This document shows, one piece after another, positions 11,294-23,991 of a stretch of 64,000 nucleotides of DNA (positions within the stretch are counted from its first letter, which is position 1; every line of letters starts with the position of its first letter). A program made the translations under genes and the position numbers. Origin of the DNA: Podospora anserina (taxonomy: Eukaryota); the NCBI GenBank assembly GCA_017654855.1, contig CM030338.1, positions 3,162,001 to 3,226,000 of the forward strand, written 5' to 3'. The notes beneath the pieces are model-generated. The model made no database searches. It was given only the letters and a program-made list of their open reading frames with translations, and was not told the DNA's origin.

Positions 11294-14200
11294 ATGAAGC
11301 TTGCACAGAGCTCTGGAAAAGCTCTGGTTTGTCTGGGGCTTCTGGTTGGCTTCGCTGCCGCGGGTGGTCTCGGGCCAGCAAAGCGAGACGAAGTGACCCC
11401 CTCGACAACGGTCACGCCGACTCGGACGTTGACAGAGGCCGGATCGGAAACGACAAGGTCAATCGCCCCCTCTGGCTCTCCGGTCATTGGTACCCTAAAT
11501 CCCTCGTCCACATTGCCGCCTTCTGCCAAATCAACTGTTGATCCGGCCTCTCTGTTCAACACCAGCGCCCTCGATGGTAAGTGGGATCTGGTCTGCCAGC
11601 ATCTGATTGTTGAGCACCATAGCTTACCGTTCTCCAGCTCCGCTTCCAGATGACCAGCTTCCCCTACAGCCTGTCATCACCCCCGGATGGGCTGTTTCCG
11701 GTGCCATTATGCTCATCACCGGCTTCGTCTATGCTATCGTGGGGATCAAGACAAAATGGCTACACACCTTTTTCTCAACCGCCTACCTGGCAAGTTTAGG
11801 GACAACAGCGCTGATCTTGTACGTCATGGTGCCACCAGTCAGTGACGCTGTCCAAGGAGCATACGTGGTAGCAGCTGTCTGCACCGGAGCTGTTCTCGGT
11901 GGCCTTGCCATCGTTTTTAAGGAACTCACCGAGTGTCTGGCCGGTCTTCTGGGAGGCTTTTGTCTCAGCATGTGGCTGCTGACTCTTCAGCCCGGTGGAC
12001 TTGTCCCATCAACTGTTGGCAAGGTTTTGTTCATTGCCTCGTTCACCTTCTCAGGCTTCGGGGTGTACTTTGTGCCATGGACGCAGATTCGGGCATATGC
12101 ACTTATCGCATGTATTTCCTTCTCAGGGGCCACCGTGACTGTTCTCGGAATCGATTGCTTCACTCGCGCTGGTCTCAAGGAGTTTTGGGCGTACATTTGG
12201 GCACTCAACGACAAGCTGTTTCCCCTTGGCGCGAATACCTACCCACTCACACGCGGCATTCGGGTTGAACTCGCTGTCACAATACTCATCTTCCTCGCCG
12301 GCATTGTTTCTCAGCTCAGGCTCTGGCGTCTCATCAAAGACCGTCGAAGCAAACGTGAGGAGGAGATTGCCGAAGGAGAGCGGAACCTTCGTATCGAAGA
12401 GGAGATCATCGGCCGCCAAGTCGAGGAGATGACGGCTCGCGAGCTCCGTCGCTGGGAGCGTATCTATGGCGAGAACACCCCGACCCACCAGGCCTCCGAC
12501 TCGGCATTGGGCGATATGGATGACGAGAAGCGAATTCGTCACAGCTCTGCCACTCTGGCCTACTCGAGACGCACCAAGTCCCCGACTGAGACTGATGGGA
12601 TTGTAGCGACCGAGGTATATGTCGACCCTCTGGCGGACCCTACGCCCTCGGAGAAGGCCGACGTGAATGAGACTGTTATCGCCAGAGACGTCGGCGATGG
12701 GAGAAGATTCACGGTCAGGATTAGTGAGGACGAGCTTCGCGGGCGCTCGACCCCTGAGGTTACCTCTTCGCACACTCACGATGGTCATATGAGACGCGAG
12801 AGTTATATCATGATGAATTCCAGACGCAGCTCACAACGTAACTCTCAACGAAACTCGCTTCACACCCCTGAGGTTCCCATTCTCAGTCTGCCTTTCCAGC
12901 TGTCCAATGCTAAAAGCGAGGAGGATCGTTCCTCGTTTGCTGCAACCTGTGCCGACGAGGAAGCCCGGGAGAATGTGCCTGGACCTCGGATTAGAAATTC
13001 AACGGCGGAAAAGCTTGCCGAGAGACTGTCGAGTGGTTCGGCCAAGCTGCTTAGGGGCCTTTCCCGGCGGTCTGCCCACAGCAAGCGTGGGATCATCGAG
13101 GGAGTGGGCGAAAGCGCAGAAGACTTGGCTGTCGAGTCTGTCCAAAATAGGGACGACCTCGACTCTCTTGCTGCGGTTTTGGACGACTTGAGCTCTCTGG
13201 GAGAAGTCTCAGCGACACCATCGCCAACTACTGATGTGAAAATGGAACTGCCCGCCTGGAAATCAAAACCCCAGTCGGCCGAGTCTAGTACGCCGGGAGC
13301 CAAAAGGACAGAGGCGGCAGTCCCTGAGATGAAACAAGAGGAGGAAACGTCGCTGAGCTCTAGGGAGGTTGGTGATATGATTCCTGAGATACCCACAAGG
13401 CTCTCCGACGTGGACGTGCTTGCTATTGCCGAGTCACGCTCGGCCAAGTCCTCGCCGGCTCTTGAACAAGGAGGCTTTGTTCCTGAAGAAAAGAATCCTG
13501 CACCCTTACCGCAATTCCAGGCTGACTCCGAGGTCGAGAAGAAGATGGATCCTGCCGAGGACAGCTCGCGGGCGGACCCTGTGGGAAGCCCCAAGCGTGA
13601 TGAGGACGGTGCAAAAGATGGGGATGATGCTGCGGTCAGAGGGGAATCATTGGATTCCGTTGCCGCCAGTCTGACGAGAGGGAATCTTCCACCAGCCTTG
13701 TCCCGAGTAGCATTGTGTTATCGTACAAATGAGTGGGCGAAACACCTGAGTGTGGCTGAGATCCCTGACCCAGATGAGCTCCAGCAAGAGATCGTTGCAG
13801 CACAAGACGGCTCAGACGAAGAACCGGCGCCCCTTGACGTTGTCGACCTTCAGCAAACAGCCGAGAATGCGAGCATTCCTCCATACGCCCCTCGATCGGC
13901 TAGCGCCATGTCAAACTACACAGGCCAACCTGTCAGCAGGAGCAGTTCCAGGACATCGTTCTCGGCGTATCCAGATTCGAATGCCTCTGCTGTCCAGCCT
14001 GGCTCTTCGCCTGACCTGCAGCAAGGAAAGTTGAACGGTCCCTATCGCTCCTCTTCCATGACGGGCGTGATGCTCAAGGGGCGAAATTCGAGACTTATCG
14101 CCGAGCCCATCGCGGAAGAGGGCGATCATGAGCCAACTGAACACGTTTCAGCCCATTTTCCCTCAGATACAACCTGGACCATGCCGAACACAAACTCGGC

Positions 14201-15131
14201 ATCTGCGGTCCCTCATGGGCTGTTGTCTTCAACCTCGGTCCCGAACATGACACGGATCAGCCAACAATCCTTGTACTCTCCGCCTACTCTCATGGGTGTG
14301 CGCGAGACGCTCCTCCGCAATAAAGCGTCTGGGTCAATCTACGCTCAGACTGCTGAACCAATTCCCTACGGAATACCAATCTTTCCTGTCGCAAGGCCTT
14401 CCTCTGAATACGAGAGTCTGCACAGCCACTCTGCACCTAACAATGTCCCTAGCGATTGCTCCAGCCCAGCAGTCGGCGTCGACCTCGATGACCTGCCACT
14501 ATCCCAACGCCGTGCGTTGATCCGACAGAGCAGTATGCCTATGCAGCCCCAGCAGGCGCTTATACGCCAGCGTTCAGGGCTGCGAAGTCCTACGCCACCT
14601 GCCACCTCTCACCCTTCCCCACGCGCAACACCAGAGTCTACCACTTTCGACTCACACCAGCCTCTCCGTCATAGCACAGTACCTACCGAAGCTGTTCGCC
14701 AGGCGCAGCTCGCCAAATTCCGCAACAGCGTTCAAGCTGACCTCCGGGTCAACGCACGGCCAAAGACGTTGGCCCGACACAGGTCTGTCGGAGGTGATGG
14801 CTTCCACCACGGCCCGCCTCTTTCGGGGGGGTTGCTTAATTTAGGAAGTACCACCTCCATGACCAGTCTCAAGGGTGCTTTCCAATCCGTAGGAGATCGG
14901 CACAGTGGAAACACCCCTGGGAGTAGTGTTGAAATCCAGAGGAACATTGACATTCAACGCGGGGTGATGATGGAGCAAAAGGAGGCCGAGGCGGCGAGGC
15001 TGGAGAGCACGAGGCTGGAGAGGGAGGGGAGGCAGAGGGAGTTTGAGGAGCGGATGAGGAGGGATCGGGGGATGTTGGAGGCGCACCGGGATGCCATGAG
15101 GAGGATACAGAGGGGTGTGAGGGATGTTTGA
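11294..15131 (+). CDS. signal-peptide plus multi-TM protein with TM7S3/TM198-like (DUF4203) domain and long disordered C-terminus; intron 11577..11637
   Basis: Exon 1 has a signal peptide and Ser/Thr-rich stalk. A GTAAGT..CTTAC..CAG intron joins it in frame to the 1174-aa ORF with ~7 TM helices and the motif GIDCFTRAGLKEFW. Confidence 0.85.
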
Positions 15132-16223
15132 GATGTCATGACTTTTTTTTTTTTTTTTGCGAAAAAGAAAACAATGATGTTATGGGATGAATTGGAGAAA
15201 TATGACGACGAGATGGCAAAACGTCGGACGTATAGCGTGAGACAGGCGTGTCTGTTTTGCCACTACTGTTGTATTTGGCTTGCGGGGGATGTCTGATGAC
15301 TTGTTTGTTTTTGGAAACATGACCCGGAGATGAGTACGAGTACGATGACGGCATGGCGGTACGGTTTTACGGAAGATTGATGTATACAGGTAGCTTTTAA
15401 TCAAGATTGGGGGTTGTAATTACTTGCTGAGTCTTTTGTGCATAGCATGACGGTTATTGGGGAGGACAAGGTAGAAAGCGAATGGGATGGATGGGGGTAT
15501 AGATTCCGGACTGGATGGGTTAGAGAATAATTAATAGTATATTGAGTAGTTGTTAGAGTCAGACCTTTTTGTGGGTTATGTTTGTTGGTGATGTTTAGCT
15601 ATCCCCGAAAAAACGGCACGCACCCAGCATCATGATATATGTTTCCCAGTATTACAGAACAGAGTTGTAATAAAGTCTGCATTCCTGATAGAGGTAACCT
15701 TGTATTAAATCCCCTTTCAACTATCATTCAACGCCTTTGAACTATCCTCACAGGCCCATCGATACACATTCAACACCTAGAAACCATCTTCATAAACCCA
15801 GTAATTATCTTTAAAGATGACCTTTCTGCATGCAAGATTCGCCATACTCTGCCCTTTGGTCGATGCATGTTCGCCAACCGGGTCACCTTTTACTGTATTC
15901 TTGCCGGCGCTGCGCTTGATCTACTGACTATTCTCAAAGACATATCAACTATCTTTGACGGCCCGTTCCAAAACCCAGTCACCATCCTTTCATTCCACCT
16001 TGTACCGTCTTCGTCATCAAGGACTGTCTCAAACCCTTGAAGCCTTTCCAGTGTCTCATCTTATCTTCATCGAGTAAAACCCAGTCTTCCAACAACGGAG
16101 CCATCAAAGACATTACTCATTTGTGGATATATAAAGCTCGGTTGAGTCATGCAGCGCTCGCAAACACAGCTGATCCAAGGCTCGGATGGATGATATTAGG
16201 CTAGTAAACGCTGCTGATAATGT

Positions 16224-17912
16224 TCATTCGAGCCCGCGAACGGTGGTGAAAGAGAGTTTGGATGGAAAGCTGCCAGCTGCAAGCGCCGATAAAAAGATGC
16301 TGGGGTAACCATATACAATAGGCATAATAAACAGCAAGACAATATCAACGCTTACAAGCGCCCCAAAGCAAACTCCGAGAAAGGGTCCGTGTTGGGCTGG
16401 ATCACCGACCATGACAGGTGGGTTGTAAAACCAAGGGATATGGAGAATATCGTGTTCGGATAACTTGGCCGCCTCGCCAACGATGGCGATGTCGCAGAGT
16501 ATGTACGGTCGACCTTTGGTCTGGTGACAGCATAAGGAGTTGCCAGCACAACACCTGAAAACTGCTCCAGATACTGAGCGTAGACGTCCTTGATGAGCCC
16601 TCAAATCTCTTCGGTCATCGCACCGGTGCATGTATCCAGCGTCTGTTGGAGGTCTGGAAAGAGGTCCGCGCGTTCGCTCACGGCGAAGAGGTATTCGACA
16701 TGCGGGCCCTCGCTTCTCGCCGGAGGAAGTACGATTTCGGACTCGGCTGCGTCTCGTCCTCGTGTTCCGGGGAGTGCTGCAGGTGCGCTCGCAGACGAGA
16801 GCGCCTGTTGAAGGTCGGGAAAGCGGTTTAGGTGATTCAGATAATACTTGTGAAGTGACTGATGCAAACCAAGCTCGGGATTACGTGCTTTGGCATAACG
16901 AAGACTGGTTGCATGCGCGTCCATCGTCATCTTCGCAGGGAAATAGAAGGCGAGGAGCTGATCAGCGACTTGGACAACGGCCGCTTGTGCGATGATTTGG
17001 GCATGAGCCACCATTTGTGATGGCAAACGCCGGATCTTGATCTTGAGTTTGTTGTCTGCTGCTGCATGAAGATGCTTCATCACGGCCTTCTTGGTGGTTG
17101 TTATGTCCCTAGCACCAGGAGTCCCAAGTCTAAAGTCAAGATGGGGAAAGACGATGTTGATTGAGAAGGAGGCAATCTGGGAAAGGGCAGCCTGGGATAC
17201 GACAGCGCGGGATCGGACGAGATAGGTACTGTGCGACTTGATCTCATGAAAAGCCGGTACTATGCCCGAGTCAAGAAGATTGCCCGCGTCCCGTTGCTGA
17301 AACAAGCCTACAAGCTTGGCGAGGTGGGCGTCTGGTCCGTCGCCTTAGGGAGTGCGTCGAAGCCTCTCAATGTTAAGCTCGGCATTCCAAATAGACAAGT
17401 AGATGTCAATGGGTGGGATCAGACGGTCCCAGACAGGACGGAAGACCTCGTCCAGCTTCGGTGCAGTGCTTTGGTTGAGCTGTGGTAAGGTCGGGGACTT
17501 GAAGATGGCAAAGAACGGGTGCTGGTTCTTGCGCTCGTCAACCTCGAGAGGAGAGGAAACTCCTGCTGGAGAGTAAGCTCGACCTGTCCTTGCGCGTCCA
17601 CGCGCTGCTGTGTTTGAGGTAATCGGGAGGAAACGATAGCTGATCGCTAGGAAGCCATAAAGAGCCGCGAGCACACCAGGCAGGTGGTCGTCCAGGCACG
17701 AAAGATAATACTTGGTTTGGGCGCGAGCAAGCCACACTTGACCGCCAGCAGGCGGGAAGCTCACCTTGTGCTGCAGAAACGTTAGTGATGGTCAATGAAA
17801 CAACCAATGTCGAACATACCTCAATAGTAACCGTCTGAGAGCTAGGATAGGGAGGAAGCTCTGAGTAGGCGTTGACTTGGCAGTTGGAGACAGCCAAAGA
17901 TGTTGAGATCAA
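16224..17912 (-). pseudogene. decayed Upf1/DNA2/NAM7-like SF1B helicase fragments
   Basis: Broken ORFs in several frames. DIAIVGEAAKLSEHD resembles Walker B (IIDEA) with D>G; VMVGDPAQHGP resembles motif III (VGDxxQLxP). Confidence 0.45.
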
Positions 17913-19012
17913 GACTGTTAAGTTGTGGGAGAGTTTGAATCGATATCGTGTTTGGATTCATCACCATCTACAAACCCATCAGTGGCCGTCTAGTACAAAA
18001 CACAATAAAAGTCGAAAACATACCTCGATATCGATCGCTTTTCGGCCCATCCTCAATACACCCCTAGTCGAGGTAGTGGGGGAGCTCTGAGGAGGTGTTG
18101 ACTTGGTGGCTAAGCTGGGTTGAAGATGCTGAGACAAAGATGTTGAGACGAAAACTCTAATTGCGGGCAGTAGCAGGGTGAATTAGGGCTTCGATTTTTT
18201 TGTGCAAAACAGGTTCGCGTTTTAGGCAGGGCAACAGCTCAGGGAAGGAACGTGTGGGGTTGAGGTAGCGAGGCAGGAGCGATAGCCCACCTTCCCAAAC
18301 GCTCCTTCCTTGTGAAGAGTATTGTCTGGCTTCGTTCAACTTCAATAATTACATATACGAGAGTGATGATATGGTATTGACGAAATTCCCATGGAAGGCA
18401 TTTAAGATAGCCGAGAGGAGGTGTACAGAATAGATGCTTGGACACCTTAGATAGCAGATCATAAATAGGACATACTGGCAGGCAGGACAATGACTGGAAC
18501 CACAAGGACCTTCAAAAAAAAGATGACATCTGTGTCAGACAAATTTTGCCCTCCCCAACCGAGATGCTATCAATGACATGAAGCTGCTCTCGAGGTAAAG
18601 AGTCACAATTAGACAACCAACTTTACAGACACCCCATACTCAGTCACAGCCCCCTCAGTTACCCCGTAACGGTTTTTTGGGGGGTGGAAAGAGATGACAT
18701 ATCACCCCATCTCTTAACGCTGTATTGAACAAAGCTGATGATTTATACAACCTCATAATTCCTTTCACCCCCCCCCTCCCCTTGCTGCCCCTCTGTCACC
18801 CATAAAAACAAAGTGTATCCCATAAACATATATACTCCTTCCCCATCCTGAACCCAAACTCCAAGCCACAAAAACGCCCATGTCCAAATGCCTATGCTAG
18901 TACGCCACACAAAAACAAATGCTAACGATCTTTAAAGCCAAAGTCTCCTTCCCAATAAACACACCCACCTACCCACCCTAAAGAAAACAAGCACAAACAA
19001 TGCTAGGTCAGG

Positions 19013-21145
19013 TTATAAAGTCTCCACACTATTATATCCCCTTCTCCCCTCCCCCCCCGACGTCCTCGCTCTAGCCAAAACCCCCCCATCCTCTTCACTT
19101 TGAGAAGCCGCTCTTGACGGGGCAGCACTAACACCCAGGAACTCCCCTAGTGTATGACTCAAACTTCTTGCCCGCCTTCTGATAAACCCCGTTTCATTAC
19201 CAGTACTTTCCACCCCCGCGCTGACAGTTTGTTGACCCTGGCCCAGACCCTGTTCCGTGTCTGAGACCTCTTCTGACGGGACAAAAAGGCTGTTTCTGAG
19301 AGAAGGTCGGTTTCGTTTGTGGGTTGGGAGGAGTTGGGTTGGGGACCCTTCCAGATGTGATAACAATTTGTCTGTCACCACTGCTGTCAAGGTGGTGGAG
19401 AAGGGAGAGGGGGAAATAACTGGGTTTCCTCCCGCTGTCACGCCTACTGTGGTGAAGATCCTCGGATGAGGGTGGCTTCGGGGTGTGGTAGGTGGGATGG
19501 TGGTTATTGGTGGGGGCGTTGAAGACAAAGTCACCAATGGGTTATGGTCTGTATCTGAGACTGCCGCTGACGGTATAACGGAGGGAACGGAATCCGAAGA
19601 AATGGTATGTGCCCCCATCCCTGGGTGGCGGAAATGGTTATGATTAGGGGGCGTGCTGTCCCTCCATGGACCTAACAAAGGCGCATCCTCGTGGTCTTCA
19701 TCGTAATCGTCCTCGTTGATGAGAGAGGGTTTCTGCTTGGAAAGGGCGGCTAAGGGTTTGTTTGTGAAGCTCACGCGGGAAGACCGCCTGGATCGTCCTA
19801 CAACTGCCGAGTCGCTACCTCTGCGGGAGGAGGTCCGGGCAAGGGAGTTGGTGCCGGGATCTTGGTTGGAGAGACCGATGGTTTCTTCTATGCCTTCGGC
19901 GTCGGAGAGGGCGGCTTCGTCTTCGTCGTCGTGGCGGGGCCGGCCGCTCGTGATGAGGAAGACGCCGAAAAAGGTGAGGAGACAGCCACCGATGAATTTG
20001 GCGGCGCGTTCCTTGGTAGTGCGCTCAAAGTCGCGGTAGAGGACAGCGCTGCCGATGATGACGGAGAGCGTGAACAGGACGAATTGGATCGGGATGACTT
20101 GGGTGGAGTCGAATCTCTGGAGGGCCTTGTTGAGGAAGCGGACCTGCATGATGGCCGTTGAGAGGAGGACGAAGAGAAGGACATAGGTGACTGGAGTGGT
20201 GAAAGCACCGAGGAGGGTTGATGAGAGCATCGAGGATACACCCTTGGTTGAAAGCGCTGTGTAGCCTCCAAACAAGCCAACCAGGCCCAAATCGATAAGA
20301 ATGGTACGATTCCCGTACCGAGGGCTGAGATACATCAACAGCGCAATCAGACCGCAGCTGGCGCCCATATAAATCTTGAACTCCATGGTGGTGATGGCAT
20401 CCCACACCTCGTGCGGCCCCATCTTGGTCTCCTCCGAATCTGCGCTCAAGACCACCGTAACCGCGCCTCCGATAGCAATAACGACACCCCAGAAGTCGCG
20501 TTGGCGGAATATCTCCTTGAAAAAGATGGGCGCTATCACACAATTCGAAACAAGAGCAACCACGCCGAGCGGGCTGACAATAGACGCCGGCGCAAAGCCA
20601 TAGGCCAAAAAGTTGCCCATCTCACCCACCGTGATGAGAACCTGCCCCAACCACCAGTAAGGGTCCTTGAGATACGTCGAGGGGACCTTGGCTTCGTCGC
20701 TGTCAGAGCTTCCGCTCCAGCGAGAGTCGTCGGACCGGAACGAATGCGTGAGGGGGTCCGTCTCGGTCGAATCACGGGTTTCTTCACTGATCTCACTCAG
20801 CACACCGTCCAAGGGGGATGTCTCGGCCGCTCCATAGCCCCCTAGTCCAGAGCTTTGCGACGCAGAATTGGCATGCTTCAGTGCCTGCCTTGCGCGCTCC
20901 CGCATTGCCACTTTGTGTCTGTGTAACCGAATATGCGCATACCGCTGGACGTTGAGAGCCAGAGCAATGAGGACATTGCCGCAGATGGCGGTTATTATGC
21001 CGATTAGACTCGACCAGTTCTGGAGATCCTTGTCGGGATGGTCCCCATCGTCATGCCCACCGCCAGCATCGTTGGAAAAGGAGGGTAGCCAGCCGGGCCA
21101 GGCGCGGCCTGTTAATGGCGGACTCGAAGCTGGGTGGAGGTACAT
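19013..21145 (-). CDS. NIPA-family magnesium transporter (DUF803)
   Basis: YLKDPYWWLGQVLITVGEMGNFLAYGFAPASIVSPLG and LNKALQRFDSTQVIP are NIPA signatures; ~9 TM helices; ATG at 21145. Confidence 0.93.
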   Translation of the reverse strand: MYLHPASSPPLTGRAWPGWLPSFSNDAGGGHDDGDHPDKDLQNWSSLIGIITAICGNVLIALALNVQRYAHIRLHRHKVAMRERARQALKHANSASQSSGLGGYGAAETSPLDGVLSEISEETRDSTETDPLTHSFRSDDSRWSGSSDSDEAKVPSTYLKDPYWWLGQVLITVGEMGNFLAYGFAPASIVSPLGVVALVSNCVIAPIFFKEIFRQRDFWGVVIAIGGAVTVVLSADSEETKMGPHEVWDAITTMEFKIYMGASCGLIALLMYLSPRYGNRTILIDLGLVGLFGGYTALSTKGVSSMLSSTLLGAFTTPVTYVLLFVLLSTAIMQVRFLNKALQRFDSTQVIPIQFVLFTLSVIIGSAVLYRDFERTTKERAAKFIGGCLLTFFGVFLITSGRPRHDDEDEAALSDAEGIEETIGLSNQDPGTNSLARTSSRRGSDSAVVGRSRRSSRVSFTNKPLAALSKQKPSLINEDDYDEDHEDAPLLGPWRDSTPPNHNHFRHPGMGAHTISSDSVPSVIPSAAVSDTDHNPLVTLSSTPPPITTIPPTTPRSHPHPRIFTTVGVTAGGNPVISPSPFSTTLTAVVTDKLLSHLEGSPTQLLPTHKRNRPSLRNSLFVPSEEVSDTEQGLGQGQQTVSAGVESTGNETGFIRRRARSLSHTLGEFLGVSAAPSRAASQSEEDGGVLARARTSGGEGRRGYNSVETL

Positions 21146-21578
21146 CTTGGTGTTGTTGTCGTCCCCCGGCAAACTGAAGCGCACCGGTGTCGCTCGGTTT
21201 CGAGGTTGGTCATGGGTGGTTTGTGGGAGTAAGTGAGTTGGTCAGTCGGTCGGTCGGTCTAGCTGTCGGGTTCCGAGTAGTGCTGAGTGCTCAGCACTCG
21301 GTACTCAGTAGTAAATTTGGTTGTAATTTCTCACACTAGATATGGGTCGTTGGTTTCGTGCCGCGATGCGAAGTGGCGCTGGCGCACCATCGAACATGGG
21401 GGAGAAGTGGACCGGCCATCTGCCTGCCGCTCTTGTCATCCTACCCCAGTCCAGCTGGAAAGGCCTCTGATTGGCTGGTCGATCAAAACCAGAGAGACAT
21501 ATATCAACACCACATTTCATTCATAAACATATATGCTTAACATCTCCGATTCACCTCTCAAGTCGAAAAGCCTCCCAC

Positions 21579-22863
21579 ATGATTGTCGACAACTTAGACT
21601 CTACGGATCAGCAGGGGGGCTGTATAAAGCCTCTGTTGAGGAGTGCCACCCGCCCTTGATATTCCCCAAGCATGCCCAGATCACTGTTTCTCGGTCCGAG
21701 ACAGGCCCCGATGGGAAGCCTGCTCTTCCAAAAAAAATGTCGAACTGGAGGGCATCGACACTGATGTCTCCAGCCCAGTCTCTCTCGGTGGAACTGCCAA
21801 AACTCATAGCCACCTTTCTTCACTAAAGTGTCTACTCGCCCGTCCGTCTCGCCAATGAACAAGGCTGGGAACCCACCCCCCGTGGCTACACACCACCCAA
21901 GTCCTTCGCTCTCGACGGTACTAACCCGCTCGATGTTACTTATCGTCCCGAATATGCAGAACAAAAGCCAATTTTCGGCTGGCTCGATGCATTCGAGGAC
22001 CTGATGCGAGTCCACTCTGGTCTGGAGCTATCAGACTTAGACACGAAGCACGCCACCGTCCACAAACTATGGCATCTTTCCTGGACGAATAGAAGCGACC
22101 TGGAGTTCCCCAGACTTCGCCATGTGCGAAACATGATGTTTCACATCAACACGTGGTCAAACAACTCTTGGCATCTCTGGTTTCCCTTATTTCTTCGCCA
22201 GGGGGGGAGACATCACCAAACACTCCCGAAGAGTGGCTCAAGGCTCGGGAACAGGAGAGGGAATTCTGGGCTTCCCGGGATGAGCTGACGGAGCAGCGCA
22301 AACGGTTTCAAAAACTGCTCGGCATGGATGTGAACAATATTATCCAAGCCCAATGGTTTCGAGGGGTGCGCAATCCCCCCGAGGAGTACCTGGCCGTGGA
22401 CAAGGACGGCTCATCTTTCTTCGGCGCATTGGCTTTGTCTCTTCCATTGATGCACTACCAGCTCCGAAATGGAGACCTGGTTGAGCATGAAGCGGCCTTG
22501 TCTCAACGACCCCCCGATCAAAGTTGGCCTCTCGCCACCATATTGACCCTCATAAGCATGTTCACAGATCATCCTGTTAGGCCTGCCCGCGACTATAGCC
22601 TGTTGGTTAATCAGGGCCGTTTTTTCCACTATTGGGATGGCATAGTAAAAATTAGGGATAGGGTGGGCGAGGGGAAAGAATGGTTCATCAAGGATTTCTT
22701 GGGGAATCTCCATCGCCACCACTCCCTGATGCTACAAGATGTGGAGAACCCTCACAAACCTGCTCTCAGGTGGCTCTGCCAACAATTTAGCCCCAAGAAG
22801 GAGACACTCGAGGAGGGCAAGGCGAAGTGGGACAGGAAACTGGAAGAACTTTTCGTATCGTAG
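21579..22863 (+). pseudogene. fragmented hypothetical protein gene (in-frame TAA plus two frameshifts)
   Basis: Protein-like text continues from ATG 21579 into frame 21533, through TAA 21824-21826 into ORF 22004, then into ORF 22153..22863. Shifts lie near G-runs at 21614-21619 and 22201-22207. Confidence 0.5.
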
Positions 22864-23415
22864 ACGATGTGGGAAACTTTGCGCGTCGTTAAACAAGGCT
22901 TTTTTGAGGGTAAATATGCTCCAAAGGCGTATTTAGCTCTAGGATGACGCTCTAATAATGCGTCACTACCATTGGCGACAGATTTTGTGCAGGTCATCAT
23001 TTCATCTGCAGGCTGATGAAGCCCAGGCCATATTTCCATCGTTTCTCCGGGGGTATCAGGGCGAGGTAAGGGTCTGCTCAAAGAAAAAAGCGAGCGTGGA
23101 GTATCTAGCATGGAAGAAGAAGAAAAGGGAGCTAATCCTGGGGATATTTTGAGCACACGCACACACAACCTGACGAGCAGAAAGGACACACAACAACCAC
23201 AGTAAATCTCCCTCTTACAATACACAAACACCCACAAGAACAGCGCTTCCCAAATACCCTCAAAAGATAGGACGACAAAAACACTTCCCCAACCCCTCAC
23301 ATACAGCTCCGCCTTTCAGAAACTATAAACATCAAAAACATAAACCTACCAGAACAACAAACCAAACACCACATGCCTAACCTCCCAAAACACATATCAA
23401 AACCCAAAAAACTAA

Positions 23416-23533
23416 AGGTCCTACCCGGACTCGAACCGGGGTTGCCGGAAGAATTTCTCTTACGTACTTTGTATGATGGAGCACGAGAGATTGTTTTCAG
23501 AATCCGGAGTGATAACCGCTACACTATAGAACC
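23416..23533 (-). tRNA. tRNA-Gln (CTG) with ~46-nt intron
   Basis: GGTTCTA TAGTGTAGCGGTTATCAC TCCGGA TTCTGA [intron] TCCGG..GGTTCGAGTCC..TAGGACCT. Confidence 0.96.
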
Positions 23534-23991
23534 AATTTATTGGAACATGCCCATACAGGTCAGACAACTGCCATATCACTCAACATATGTGGTGGCGGCG
23601 TGGAACGGGATACAGAAAAGCACTCGCCAACATCCCAACACTGAAACACCTCAAGGTCAATTCATTCCGAGGGGAAAAAAAAAAGAAAGAAAAAAACCAA
23701 TGAAACAATCCTGTTGTATCTTTGGGTGTGGTATGTGCAATTCAAAACTATGGAATGAAATTGAACAAAAAAGTGCAGTGTGACAGACGATTGTTTGAGA
23801 ACCAACCGTCAAATCATACACAACTGGCGAGTTCACAGTCCTTAATGCGAAGTCATCATAGTAAAATCAAAGCAAAGCCCCCCCAATGCCTCAAAATTCA
23901 TAATTACCCCTCTCACTATTTACATTTTTTATTTCCCAACCCATGTCATTATCTTACGTTTTTATTCTACCATCTCATTATCCCCTCATAA

